Of a DNA stretch of 64,000 bases, positions 15,101 to 28,282 are shown in pieces. The notes under the pieces were generated by a model, which searched no databases, was not told where the DNA came from, and was given only the letters and a program-made list of their open reading frames with translations. The stretch's first letter is position 1. Each line of letters begins with the position of its first letter. The position numbers and the translations under genes are program-made. The DNA lies in sequence record MK250027.1; one strand, given 5' to 3'.

Positions 15101-16745
15101 TTCAGATACAAAGACAGAATTATCTGGTCTAGATACAGCAAATAAAACAGAATTAATAACAAAATATGATAAGTTGACTTCTGATAATAAGCAAGCTATA
15201 TCTGATTTGAAAAAAGAATTAATCAATGTATCTAATGGTATCATTACAGATTATAAGAAATTATCTAAAGATACATCTACAATGTTAGATAATAAGATTG
15301 AAGATATTTCTACTAAGATTGTAACTGCATTGAATACATCTATCAGTAATGTATATGATGAATTAACTGGAAGCATTTCAACATTATCAAAAACCGTAAA
15401 AGATACATCAGAAAATATTGTTAATAAATTAAATACATCTATTAATAAAATATTCAGTGATTTATCAAAAGCAGATACATCTTTATCTACACGTATTGAT
15501 GATGCAAGTAATTTAATTCCTAAACCATAGACAGATGCAATTACTACAGTTGATTCACAGAAATATGTATGGAGTAACGGTAATGTAGCTTCTGAAAAAT
15601 GTGTTGTTGGTGCAGGTTAGACAAATATTGTAGTAAAAGATAATAAGGTACAGTTTGTATTAGGTGCATGGAATAATGGTGCAATAGGTTTACGTTTTAC
15701 AGAAATACCAGAAACAAATACAGTTGCAAATGGTCTTTTATCTGTTGATTCTAAATTGAAGTATGATAATTACGCAAATTAGATTACTACTATTAATTCA
15801 GATATTGCAAAGACAAATACTAATTTGACTTAGGAAATTAAAGATAGAACTAATGCAGATGATTCGTTATAGTTAAAGATTACTACTATTAATGAAACTA
15901 CAATACCTAATTTACATGAAGCAATATTAACAGAAATTTACAATAAGTATGATCCTGAAATTAACTCTATAAAAAAATCAATCAATACAACGTCTACTAC
16001 ATTACAAACTAATATTGATAATTTAAGAAAAGATGCATCTACTGAAGCAAAATCTAATCTTGATAAGTTAAATACTAGTATCAATAATAATGTATATACA
16101 CCGTTGAAAAACTTAATTACTGGTGAAATTAGTAGAGTTGAAACTGATTATAAAAATGCAGATAGTACATTAAAAAAAGCTATAGAACTTATTAATAATA
16201 CAACTATTGATTCTAAAGTTAATTCACTTAAATCTGAATTAACAAAGAAGTATGATAATGAAATTAGCACAGTAAAAAATACTATTACTAATAATCAGGA
16301 TAATATTATCAATACATAGTTACCTAATCTTAAGACAACAATAGAAACAGATTATAATAAGAAGTTTGAAACAGAATCAAATGAGCGTAAGACCACTGAT
16401 TCATAGTTAAGAACTGATATTGAATTGTTAAGTACGAAAGTAGATGGTATTAATACTAATATTGGTGATAACAATACTAATGTTACTAATTTACAAACAA
16501 CAATTAAAGAACTTCAAGCAACTATTATTGAGTTGAATTCACGTATATTAGCAGTTGAAGCATACGGAACAACAAATGTCGATTTTGCAAAACGTATTGA
16601 GACGCTTGAATCTAAATACAATAAGATCACAGCAATTGAAAGTGATATTACTGGTATTAAAGAGCGACTTGATAATATTGACACTGAACATGAAGAATTA
16701 TATTCAGGTGTTTAGGATTATAATGATTCTATTAATATTAGCTGA
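12170..16745 (+). CDS. Coiled-coil fibre-like protein, paralog 1 (about 1524 aa if a +1 frameshift near 12833 is corrected)
   Basis: Frame 2 runs from ATG 12170 to TGA 12851-12853; frame 3 is open from 12780 to TGA 16743-16745 with TAG read-through. N-terminal GEIAxAYY domain shared with the next two genes; [DN]xS and 11-aa repeats. Confidence 0.7.
13653..13850 (+). repeat. Six in-frame 33-bp tandem repeats (DTSDAIVKYIN type)
   Basis: Units such as gatacatctgatgctattgttaaatatattaat (13752) and gatacatctgacgctattgttaaatatataaat (13785). Confidence 0.85.
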
Positions 16746-16767
16746 TAATATAAATATATATAGAAAT

Positions 16768-16806
16768 ATGGTGATATAGAAAATAAAAATCTATATCACC
16801 ATTTTC
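16768..16806 (+). terminator. Intrinsic terminator (GGTGATA family)
   Basis: Stem ATGGTGATATAGA/TCTATATCACCAT followed by Ts. Confidence 0.8.
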
Positions 16807-16846
16807 TATTTTAGATAAATATTTAAAATATAAAGATTTAATATAT

Positions 16847-18505
16847 ATGAATGTTTACGATTCTCCACATATGCATGGAGTAAAACCACATCCATGTCCA
16901 CCTCCTCCTGGACCACATCATGATCCTTTTCATCATGTTCCTTGTTGTGAACCACCACATCATTGTTTACCTCCACATCATTGTGAACCACCATATGGAT
17001 TAATCAATCATTATAATAAAGTATGTTTCAAGAACTATGATGAAGCTGTATATAAATTAAAAATAAAATCATTACTTCCTGGCGAAATTGCATTCGCTTA
17101 TTATTTTGATAAGAATGCAGAATATGGTATTAACGCAATTGCAGCTGTTGGTTCTATTAAATTAGGAGCAACTAATATAATCTATGATAACGCTAATGAT
17201 ATTCAATCTCTTATTGAATCCCTTTCAACAAAGGTAGATTCAAATAATGAGAAATTTGAAACAATAGTAGATCAATTCGATGATATTAATAATGTTATTA
17301 AAGACATTAGTTCTCGTTTACATAAAGCTGAAGATAAAAATAATTCTTCTAATATTGATGCATCTATTTCAGATATAGATAATAAGATTGATACTATTAT
17401 TCAAGATAACGTATCAATACATGACCGTATTGATACCCTTGATTCACAAATGGATCAAGTAACTGATTATATTGCATAGCATGAATTAGATTATCAAGCA
17501 CTTGATGCATCAGTTAAACAACTTCGTGTTGATGTAGATTCATTAGGACTAGATGATAAACTTGATGAATTAGATAAGAAGATTAATCAAACAAAAGAAG
17601 ATATACTTCTTGAAACAAAGGCAGACAATGCATCATTAGAAGCTAAACTTACACAAGAATTTAACGGTAAATTACAAGATTATTCTGATTCATTAGATAA
17701 TCTTAAAGTTGAAATCACTCAACAGATTACAGATACAGTTGAACCTTTAAAAACGGATATTTATGATTTACAAGTTAAAACAACTGAATTGGAAACAAAT
17801 ATCGGTAAAGCAAAGGATGAAGCAGTTACTGCATCCAAAGAATATACAGATAATCAAATATCAGACAAGATGCAAGGAATTAATAGTTCACTTACTGATA
17901 TGTCTAATACTATTCATGATTTATCTGATTTAATTACCAATGTTTCTACTAATGCAGATAATGAACGTAAAGAATTAAAACGGTATATTGATTAGGTTAA
18001 GTCTGATATTGAAGGTGAAAATACTCAATTTAAATCTGAAGTAAATTCTGAAATTAATAAACAGAAACAATATATTACAGATACTATTAACGGATTTAAG
18101 GCAGAATATACTGCAACAACAGATAAAGCAATTGATGAAAAAGTAAAGGTTGTATCTGATAAATTAGATAATTATATCAATGAATCTACAACTAAACATT
18201 CTGAAATTGAAGCAAAGATTTCTACTATTAAAACGGATTTTGCAACATATAAAGGTGAGTTAAACGAAACTATTGCTAACAAAATTGCAGAACAAAATAC
18301 AAATATGAGAAATTATTTGGATAACGCAATTTCAACAGATAGATCATACTATGATTCACTTTATGCACGTAAAGATCAAATACCTGTAAATGTTGTATCA
18401 GGTGCAGGTGTTACGGTAGAAAACGGTGTTGTTAATCTTAATGTTGACAGTAATGGTGTATTAACAGTAGGTGGAAAACGTTATCAATTACAACAATTGA
18501 ATTAA
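16847..18505 (+). CDS. Coiled-coil fibre-like protein, paralog 2 (552 aa) with His/Pro/Cys-rich N-terminus
   Basis: Track ORFs 16847, 17789 and 18305 are in one frame joined by TAG; TAA at 18503. Contains LLPGEIAFAYY. Confidence 0.8.
16946..16996 (+). repeat. 18-bp tandem repeat encoding CxPPHH
   Basis: tgtgaaccaccacatcat tgtttacctccacatcat tgtgaaccaccatat. Confidence 0.8.
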
Positions 18506-18530
18506 TAATTTTAACAAAATTAAATATATT

Positions 18531-18570
18531 AGAAGAGATTATTTTTATAAATAGTCTCTTCTTTTCTTTT
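18531..18570 (+). terminator. Intrinsic terminator
   Basis: AGAAGAGATTATTT/AAATAGTCTCTTCT stem (one G-U) plus T tract. Confidence 0.75.
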
Positions 18571-18587
18571 AATAAATATAAAAAGAA
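18571..18587 (+). promoter_or_regulatory. Putative late-promoter 17-mer (copy 2)
   Basis: AATAAATATAAAAAGAA, identical to 12138-12154. Confidence 0.55.
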
Positions 18588-18604
18588 ATTTAAAACAAAT
18601 AAAC

Positions 18605-21600
18605 ATGGCAGGATTTATGGATAACAAATATGGTTCACATGTTCCACCTGTTGGACTTAATGGTTTCAATAAAATATGTTTTACTGATTAGAAAGAAGCT
18701 GAAACTATGTTATTGGATAAGCCGTTAATGCCTGGCTAACTCACATTCGCATATTACTATGATAATGTTGCGACTAATGGTGTAAATGTAATGGCAGCAG
18801 TCGGAACATTAAAAGGAGAAGGTTCAAACCATATTTTTGTTAGTTATGAAACTATAAATTAGTTAATTGATTCCATTGATGATTCATTTGAAGATTTCGA
18901 TACTAGTTTAATATATATTCGGAAAGAACTTATGAGCAAGCTTTCTGCTCTTGAAGATGAACAGAATAATTTAGTTTTACAGATAAGAGATAATGTTAAT
19001 AATTCTAATGTAAGTTTTAACGAAATTTATACTAAATTAGAAGAGTTAGAAACAAATGGTAAACAATATACAGATGAGAAAATTCAAGAGATAAGAGATT
19101 ATGTCGATACATCTGTAACAAGTAAAATCAATGATTATGAAACAGTAGTTTCTGATATGATTTTAGATGCGTCTACAAAATTAGATTAGATGCAAAAAGA
19201 TTTTGAAGATAAAGCTTAGGATATTCTTGATCGTAGTAATGAAGTATATGACAATCTTGATGTTTCTCTTCGTAATTATGTTAATAATGAAATGTTAGGA
19301 ATGCAACAGTTTGTTCATAACGAAACAACACAAGCCGTTTTAGATATGAATTCAAAATATGCGGTTTTAAAGAAAGTTGTTGCATCTATTAATTCATCTG
19401 TTAATGATATTGATAAAAAACATAATGATAAGGAAACAGAATTATCAAGAAATATTGTAGAAACAGCAACACAATTAACAGAAGACTTAGAAATTGCAAA
19501 TGTTTCAATCATTAGTTATATTGATCAATAGACATCATTATTCAATAAGAAGATTGATAATAAAATCAATGAGCTTGAATTTAATACAAAAACTAAAAAT
19601 ATAGATTTAACAAATATCGTAGAAGAATACCAACATTCAGTTAAGAATGATATTGCTGTATTCAATGCATCTATGAGAACATATGTTAAATCTAGTCTTG
19701 CCACAGTTCAAACAGATGCTAATTCAAAATATTCAGAATTAAAAACTTATGTAACATCAAATGATGCTTCATTATTAAATTATGTTAATGCAATGGAAAT
19801 TGCACAAAAGACATATATTAATAAACATGATTCTGAAATCAAATCTTGGATTGCAACATCAGATACTTCTTTATTCAATATTATTCGTTCAACAGATAGT
19901 AAATTAAAAGATGATCTTGACGCGATGGATGCAAGACACCAATCAATGTATCGTACAGTCGAATCACGTCTTGATAACCTTATTGATGATATTTCTACAG
20001 ATCTTACTATCATGGTTAATGAATACGGTAAGGAAGTTAAAAACTTTACACGTAAACATGTAAATGATTTAGAGAATAAAGTTAAAGCACAAAATGTAAG
20101 TTTAATTAACTATATTGATGATAAATCTCAAGAAGCAGTAAATGAAACTCGTTTACTTAATGCTTCACTTAGAACTCAATTAAAGAATACAACAAACTTA
20201 CTTAACGCAAGTATCAATAATGCTATTCAATATACAGATGATGAAATATCTAAATTAAAATCATATGTTGATACAGAAAATACTTCTATTATTACTTATG
20301 TTAATAATCAAGATGATAAAGTAAGATTCTATGCAGATTATGGAGATAATGAAGTTCGTAAATATATTGATGAACTTGAAGAGCAACTTAAGAAATATTC
20401 TATTACTGGTGATTCTTCTGTTATCAATTATATTAAGTTAACAAAAGAAAATATTGAACAATTTGTTAAAGATGCAGATGATGATGTTTTAAAGAAAGCA
20501 TATATTCATGATGATGAAATCAAAAATGAAATGACAACTGAATATAATGCATTTGTTCGTAAGCAGAAAGATATTGATGCATCATTATTAAATTATGTTA
20601 AGAATACAGATACTTCATTATTTAATTACATAAAGGATAGAGATGAACAAATAAAGAGATGGATTGCTATTGGTGATACTTCACTTTATAACTATTTCAA
20701 AACATAGAATGCATCTTTGTTTAATTATGTAAAAACATAGGATACAGAAATATAGAATAATCTTGTTAATAGTGTTTCTAAGATAGAAAATGATATGGCA
20801 AAATTCGAGACCAGTATCAATTCAAAGATTGATTCTGCTGATATTGCTCTTGATAATAAATTAAATGCTAATAATGCTTCTATCTATACAATTCTTTCTT
20901 CTAATGATGTATCAATCATGAGTGCAGTTAATAAGAAAGATTATGAACTTGAAACAAAATTAAATAATCAAATTTCAGAAGTAAAGAACGAATTAGAAAC
21001 AAAAGACTCTTCTATTCTTAATTATGTATTGAATGCTGATACATCTATTAAATCACAACTTAATATAATTAAAGATACTATTAATAATGATATTAAAGTA
21101 TCTCTTAAAGAACTTGATACAAAAGTGGATGTAAATGATGCTTCTATTATATCTTATATTAATACAAATGACCATAAGATTGGTTCTTATATTGATACAG
21201 AAATTAATCGTGTAGAAAATCATTGCAAATCAAATGATACATCTGTTGTTAATTTTGTAAAAAAAGAAGATTCATCTATAGTTAATTATGTAAATGGTAC
21301 AGTTAAACAAGAATTACTTGATAGAATTAATGATACAAATACATCTATTATTAATTATGTTGCTGAGAATTCATCATTGTTCAATTATGTCGTTAATAAT
21401 GATACTTTACTTAAAGCACTTATTGAAAGTAAAGATGGCTCAATTTTGAATTCATTAACAAGCGCTGATGCTTCTATTATTCGTTTAATTGAGAAATATA
21501 ACTCAGAATTACATAATAAGATTAACGCAAATGATTCATCTATTAACTCAAAAGTTGATAAGTATAATTCATCTACATTTAGCCACTTTACATTAAAAGA

Positions 21601-24600
21601 TGCAGAACTTCAATCTAAACAAGAATTAGCAGATACTTCTATTGTTAATTATATTAACACAACAGTATCTGACATGAATACAAGTATCAATGAGACTTTA
21701 ACAAATATTGATAATAAAGTTGATAATGTAAAATCTGATTTAGTGAATACCATTGAAACAAACAATACATCTATTGTTAATTTTGTTAAGTTACATGATA
21801 CAAGTATTGAGAATATGATTAAGTCTAATGAAGAAGTTTATAACTATATCAATACACAAGATACTTCTATCATTAATTTCATTAAAAATAACAATACTGA
21901 TCTTGATAATAAACTATCAAGAGTTAATACTGATGTTAACAATAAGATTGATAATGTTGAATCAGATCTTTTACAGGAAATTGTTAATAAGACAAATATA
22001 CTTAATACTGATGTAAGACGAGAAATAGCTAATCTTTCTGATTAGATGAATGATTCTGATACTTCTATCCTTAATTATCTTAAAGCATCTGATAATGAGT
22101 TAAACAATAACTTATTGCAATTAGATACAAATCTTCATAATGAGTTAGATAATAATAAGGCTGAATTAACTAATAGTATTAATAATGCTATTACTGCTTA
22201 TGAGAATAAACAAACAGAATTCTAGTCTAATATTAATAATCAAATTGATACATTTAAAACAGAAGTATCTACAAATATTGATACATTAAATTAGACTATC
22301 CATAATGATATGTCTGAGTTAAGTTCTGATATTAGTACAAAGATTGCTGTTACAAATTCATCTACTATTAATTATCTTCAAAATGAAATTTCAAAGATTG
22401 ATAATAAAGTTAATAACTAGAATTCTTCATTATCTGTAGCATTTGAGAACTATAAATCCGCAACAGATACAAGTATTAAGAACAAATTAGATTCATTTGA
22501 AACTAATGTAGATAATAAGTTAAATGATAAATTTACAGAACTTAATATCACATTAGATACAAACTGGACTAATTTGATTAATTCTAATGAGCAGTTTAAG
22601 AATGAAATTCATAATGATATTGCAAATCTTGAGACTAATACAAACAATAAGTTAAATGATTTTAAATCTTACGTAGATGAGCAGAATACATTACAGGATG
22701 TAAAGAATACATCTGCTATTAGTTCACTAAGAACTGATATTTCAACATTGGATGATTAGATCAATACAAGATTAACACTTCACGAAAAGTTATGCGATAA
22801 TAATATTCAAATTGCAAAGAATGAATTATCATCAAAAATTGAAACTGTTAATACATCATTAATTAATTATATCGATTAGCAAGATACTAATATTAAGAAT
22901 GAATTTGCTGAACGTGAATCAAATCTTCTTAATTATATCAATAGTTAGGATAATGAGCTTAACAGAAAGATTGATAGCGTTAATCATGATTTAACAGAAA
23001 CAATTACAGATGTTGATCTTCGCGCAACTACTAATATTAATAATCTTCGTACAGATATGAATTATGAAGTATCACGTCTTGATAAGAAGATTGAAGATAC
23101 TGAAAGAGATATTAGAACAGATGTAAGTACAGAAGATAAAAAACTCGATGATAGAATTACATCAGTTGACCATGACATCCGTCAAGATATGAAAACAAAA
23201 GATAATGATTTACAACAACAAATAACAGATGTTAGTAAAGATTATCGTAAATTTGTTATTGATTCATCTAGCATGATTACAAAACATATTGAGAATGTTT
23301 CATCTAATATTCATTAGAGAATAACTGATACTTCTGAATGTTTATGGCAATATGTAAATGATACATCTGACGCTATTGTTAATTATTTCAAGAAACAAAA
23401 TACAGATCTTAAAGATTATTCTGATACAGAAGATAATAAATTAAAAGGTAGAATTGAAAATGTTTCATCTAAGTTAATTAATGTTAGCAACGCATTGAAT
23501 AAACTTATTGGTGTTGGAGACGTTACTTCTGCTATTGATACATTCCAAGAAATTGAAGAGTTCTTAAAAACGTATACAAATAAAGATACATTAACAAATT
23601 TATTAAAGAATAACTCTGATAATGACAAAGCTTATGCAGATAGTATATTACAAAGATATGATGAATATATAAAGAATTATATTTCTGATGGCTCTACTGA
23701 TATATATAATTATATTAATAACACTTCATCTGCAATTGTTTGGTGGGTATAGGATATTTCTAATAATTTTAAGAATTATATTGATGCAAGTGACCTTATT
23801 CTTGATGGTAAGATTAGTGAATTAAGAGAAGACCTTAATACAACTAATGATAATATTGATGATTTAAAAGATTATGTAGATCAATAGGATAGAAAAGATA
23901 GAGATTATGTTGATGATATATCCACAAAAATTGTTACATATATAAATTCTACTTCTGATGGTATTGTTAAGAACTTTAATGATACTTCTGATGGTATTGT
24001 GAGACGTTTTAATGATGCTTCTGATGGTTTATATAATTTTATTATTGATACATCTAATCGTATTGTTAATAACTTTAATGATGCTTCTGATGGTTTATAT
24101 AAATTAATATTAGACACATCTGATGATATTGTTCATCATTTTAATGATGTTTCTACTCTTATTGTTAGAAGATTTAATGACGCATCTGACGGATTATTCC
24201 ACTTAATTATGGATACTTCTAACATGATTATACATCGTTTAAATGATGTATCTGATGGTATTGTTAAGAACTTTAATGATACTTCTGACGGTATTGTCAA
24301 ACGTTTTAATGATGCTTCTGATGGATTATATGCATTAATAAAAGATTTATCAACTCGTCATAATGAAGATAACACTTTAATGCAGTCATATATCAATACA
24401 GAAATAGGTAAAGTAACCGATTCTTTAAATACTGAAGTAATACAAATCAATAAAAATATTGGTACAATAGACAAAAAATATGAAGGGAAATTTAAGACTT
24501 TATATGAAAATGATATTGCAGACATTAATTCTTCTATAACTAATATTAGAAAAGAATTTGTAACGGCTGATTATAATTCTAGCACACAAATTTATAATTA

Positions 24601-26605
24601 TTTAAAGGAAACGTACAAGAAAGAACTTACTGGAGAAATAAGTAAAGTTGATAGCAAGTTAACAAATTATATTACGTCTAATGATAAAAAAGTTAGTGAT
24701 CTTGATACTAAAATTAATAGCGTAAACTCTGATATAACAACTTTGATTAATTCAAGTTATAATGAAATTAATGGATATATTAATGATATAAGTACTCGTC
24801 TTGATAAAACTGATAAACGTTTAGATGATAGAATTACAGAAATTAATAACACATTAACAAACTCTATTCAAACTAAACATGATACATTAGATGGACGTAT
24901 TACAAAAGTTGATACTGATTTAAAAGAAAGTATTAAATCAAAATATGATTTGGTTGATGGACGTATTACTACTGTAAATGAAAATATTATTAAACGTATA
25001 GATCAATATAATACATCATTAGCAGATTATACAGACCAAGAAATCAAAACAGTTAATAATGCCATTAATAAAGTTAAATCTGATTTAACACAAGAGATTA
25101 CTAATAATGTAACTAATATTGATAGTTCTATTACACGTATTGATAATTATCTTGAACGAGGTTACTGGACAAAAGTTACTAATTATGTTGGTGGTGAAAT
25201 AACAAAAGTTGATGAAAAGATTACTAATCTTAAATCTGAAATCAATAATTCATTATCTAAAGATTATGTAACAAACGCATCACTTAATGATTATTATAAT
25301 AACACTATTAAAAAATATGTTGATGAGCAAGATGCATTATATAATACATCCGTTATAGATATATCTAATAGATTAAAGACAACAAATGATAATATTAAAT
25401 CATTAAATGATAAATTAACTGCATTAACATCTGATAATATTGATGGAACTATCAATACATATAAAGAAGTTCAAGATTTCTTAAACTCTATATCTGATAC
25501 TACTACGCTTGTAACATTATTAGCAAATAATAAAAATCAAGCTATTGAATCTGCTAATCAATATACAGATAGTTCTATAAATAATTTCAAGAATACATAT
25601 GTTAAACCTAAATTTGATAATTATGATAATTCAATATCTACAATAAATGGTGACATTAAAAATATTAATGGTAAAATAACTACTAATCAAACTGATATTA
25701 CAAATCTTACTACCAGAGTAAATAAGGCAGAAACTGATATTAAAAATATTGATGGCAATATTTCTACTATTACTACTGACATAAATAAGTTAAAAGATTT
25801 TCAAACTACTGTCAATAATAAGAATTATTTAACAGAAATTACTGTTGCTAATGATAACAAATTAGGTGGTATTAAAACTGGTTATACGCCAACCGGCGCA
25901 AATGCAAGTAAGCAATTACCAGTAACATTGAATTCTGACGGTCGTGCATATGTAACACTTACAAATTCAGCGGTCACAGGAGCATATACTTATACATTAC
26001 CAACAGCAAATAATTCTGAACTTGGTGGAATCAAAACTGGATATACTAATAATGGTAATAAGGTCAAAGTTGAAGTTGATGGTTCAGGAAATGCATATGT
26101 TGCTCTTACTGAAACAGCAGTCAAAGGCGGATTTACTTATACATTACCTACGGCTGGTACAACAACTCTCGGTGGTATCTGCACAGGGTATACCAATAGT
26201 GGATCAAATATTAAGGTTCAGATGAGTGGTAATAATGCATATGTTGGTATTACTAAAGATGCTATTGTTAGCGCTCTTAGTTATACACCTGCAAAAGGTA
26301 ATTCAGATGGTTCTAATACGTATACATTACCTAAGGCAACAGGTTCAACATTAGGTGGTATTCAAGTAGGCTTTACACAAAGTACATCTGGTTCAACACT
26401 TAATCTTCCTGTTAAATTAGATTCAAATGGTAATGCTTATATTAGTATTAACTTAACTGATTTATAGAATATTGGTGTAATAACAAATAATAATATTAAT
26501 TCACATGTAACATAGGTTATGTCTGATGACACTGCATGGGTTACTCAATCTCAATATGGAAATATCACAGATAAAGGTAGTAAAACTTATTACATTTATG
26601 AATAA
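18605..26605 (+). CDS. Giant coiled-coil tail-fibre-like protein, paralog 3 (2666 codons) with one internal TAA at 18737-18739
   Basis: Frame 2 is continuous from ATG 18605 to TAA 26603 except for TAGs and one TAA at codon 45, where the paralogs have GAA (GE motif). C-terminal YTLPxAxxxxLGGI repeats are typical of phage tail/fibre proteins. Confidence 0.7.
23948..24343 (+). repeat. Twelve in-frame 33-bp repeats (DxSDG[IL]xxxFN)
   Basis: Units at 23948, 23981, 24014 ... 24311, e.g. gatacttctgatggtattgtgagacgttttaat. Confidence 0.9.
25840..26460 (+). repeat. Four protein-level repeats of about 45-58 aa (YTLPxAxxxxLGGIxxG[YF])
   Basis: EITVANDNKLGGIKTGY, YTLPTANNSELGGIKTGY, YTLPTAGTTTLGGICTGY, YTLPKATGSTLGGIQVGF. 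Confidence 0.85.
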
Positions 26606-26622
26606 TAAATTTATATATAATA

Positions 26623-26664
26623 AAAGAGGTATAGAAAATTAAAATTCTATACCTCTTTATTTTT
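26623..26664. terminator. Bidirectional terminator between convergent genes
   Basis: AAAGAGGTATAGAA/TTCTATACCTCTTT with A/T tracts on both sides. Confidence 0.85.
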
Positions 26665-27010
26665 ATTCTTCTTTCTTTTTTCTTGTTCTTCTGACTTTCT
26701 TAGGTTTATTAATGTCAAAATCATTTTCAATTTCATTTATAAATTCATCTATAGATACAACTGCAGCTGGATCATCTATAAATGGGTCTAATTCTAACAT
26801 GAATTGAGCGAAATCATTTCTATCTCTAAGAAATGCGTTTAATCCTCGACCAGAATCATAAACAAATTGAATTATTATATATCCATCGGGATCTTTTAGA
26901 AAACTAAATCCTATTGTTTGTTTCAAATCAACAAATGTCTATCCAACTCTTACAAACGATTTAAATTTTCTATTCTTAAAAAACTCTTCATTTAATTCTA
27001 AATTATCCAT
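26663..27010 (-). CDS. Hypothetical protein (115 aa, one TAG)
   Basis: Track ORF extends through a TAG to ATG 27010 (MDNLELNEEFF...), 1 nt after the upstream gene's stop. Confidence 0.7.
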
Positions 27011-27011
27011 A

Positions 27012-28211
27012 TCATTCAAATAATGCATTTGCTGTTTTTACTGTTCCGTCTGTATTAATGTACTTATCCATACCCTTGAATATTTCTGCTTCAATTGCTT
27101 TCTTCTTATCATAACCTTCATATTGTGTACCTTTAAGCAATATTTGTGATTTAAGATTCCAAAAGCTTTCATTTGGAGTATCATTAATCATATATTCTAG
27201 TGATTCTTTATAATCTTGTATATATTCAGGGAATAATTTACTGTTAAGTTCTACCAATGTACGCTGACGCATTAATCTATCACTAAAATCAATATCATTT
27301 ATATCTCGCTTACAAACTTTTTCAAATACCGGTTTTAATTTTGATTCAGAATCAAGTAAATCTTGAACTGTATTAATACCGCATATTTCACGAACTTTCT
27401 TTTCCTTACTTGGTGTAATTCTTACTTTGCGTCCATCTTTATACCAATTATAAAATGAAGGTACACAATCACCATCGTCACCACAAAATATCTTATCAAG
27501 AACAACATTATTTGGATTCTCTACAGATAATTCCATAATAGTATTTGATTGAAGTAATTGTTTTACATAAGTCTTAGATAAATCTTCATTCTCGAAAAAT
27601 ATATCAAAATTATTATCTGATTTATTATACCATGTTTCAAATGCTTCTGGTACATAAATATAACGTTTACTACCTTTACCCTTACCTGTTGTATTATATA
27701 CTATGCAATATTGATTTGTTACTGTATTGAAATCAATAAGTTGTCTAATATCTGCATCTGCGCTTACAATGATAACATTATAATTTGGATATTTCTCGAA
27801 CACTATTTCTTTACACATACATGCAATATCATCTGCTTCACAATGCTCCACCTTTGCTACATGCATAGAATTCCTTGATAAAATCTTAAGAAGGTCATCT
27901 GAGCATTTAAATATATTATCCCAATTTATAGATTCCGACTTTTTCCTATTTGACTTATAACCAGGATTTATATCATCTCCAGGAAGAACATCTTTTCTCC
28001 ATGCATGTTGAGCGTCTGTTGCTATAATAACATTTGTAGGTTTGAATATATTAAGAATTGAACATACATCTGTTGTAAACTTATACATGAATGAACGTAC
28101 GTCTTCTATTCTGTTATATCCGTTGACCTAACCATATAAGCTATTCATAAATAATGATCTGAATAAAAGGTTAGACCAATCCAATACTAATAATACTTTC
28201 TTACTTTCCAT
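27012..28211 (-). CDS. rnh: 5'-3' exonuclease / T4 RNase H-like flap endonuclease (399 aa, one TAG)
   Basis: Extends through TAG to ATG 28211, restoring the N-terminal LVLDWSNLLFRS motif; also ATDAQHAWRK, GYKSNRK, CEADDI, VSADADIRQL, CGDDGDCVP. Confidence 0.85.
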
Positions 28212-28282
28212 TTCTCTAAAAATACGAAACTCGTTTTATTTTATATATGTATTTATTAGTATTGTTTATTTAATGTTAAAAA

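Noticed and set aside
16806-16994. Minus-strand ORF MVVHNDVEV...
   Set aside because: Shadow of the His/Pro-rich repeat on the + strand.
18737-18739. TAA reassignment as a general code change
   Set aside because: TAA terminates most genes here; this is a single isolated in-frame case.
14858-24117. Minus-strand ORFs inside the fibre genes (14858, 19315, 19780, 23416, 23905)
   Set aside because: Antisense to continuous code-15 genes; no independent signals.
23948-24343. CRISPR array
   Set aside because: The 33-bp units are contiguous, in-frame and degenerate at synonymous sites, with no spacers.
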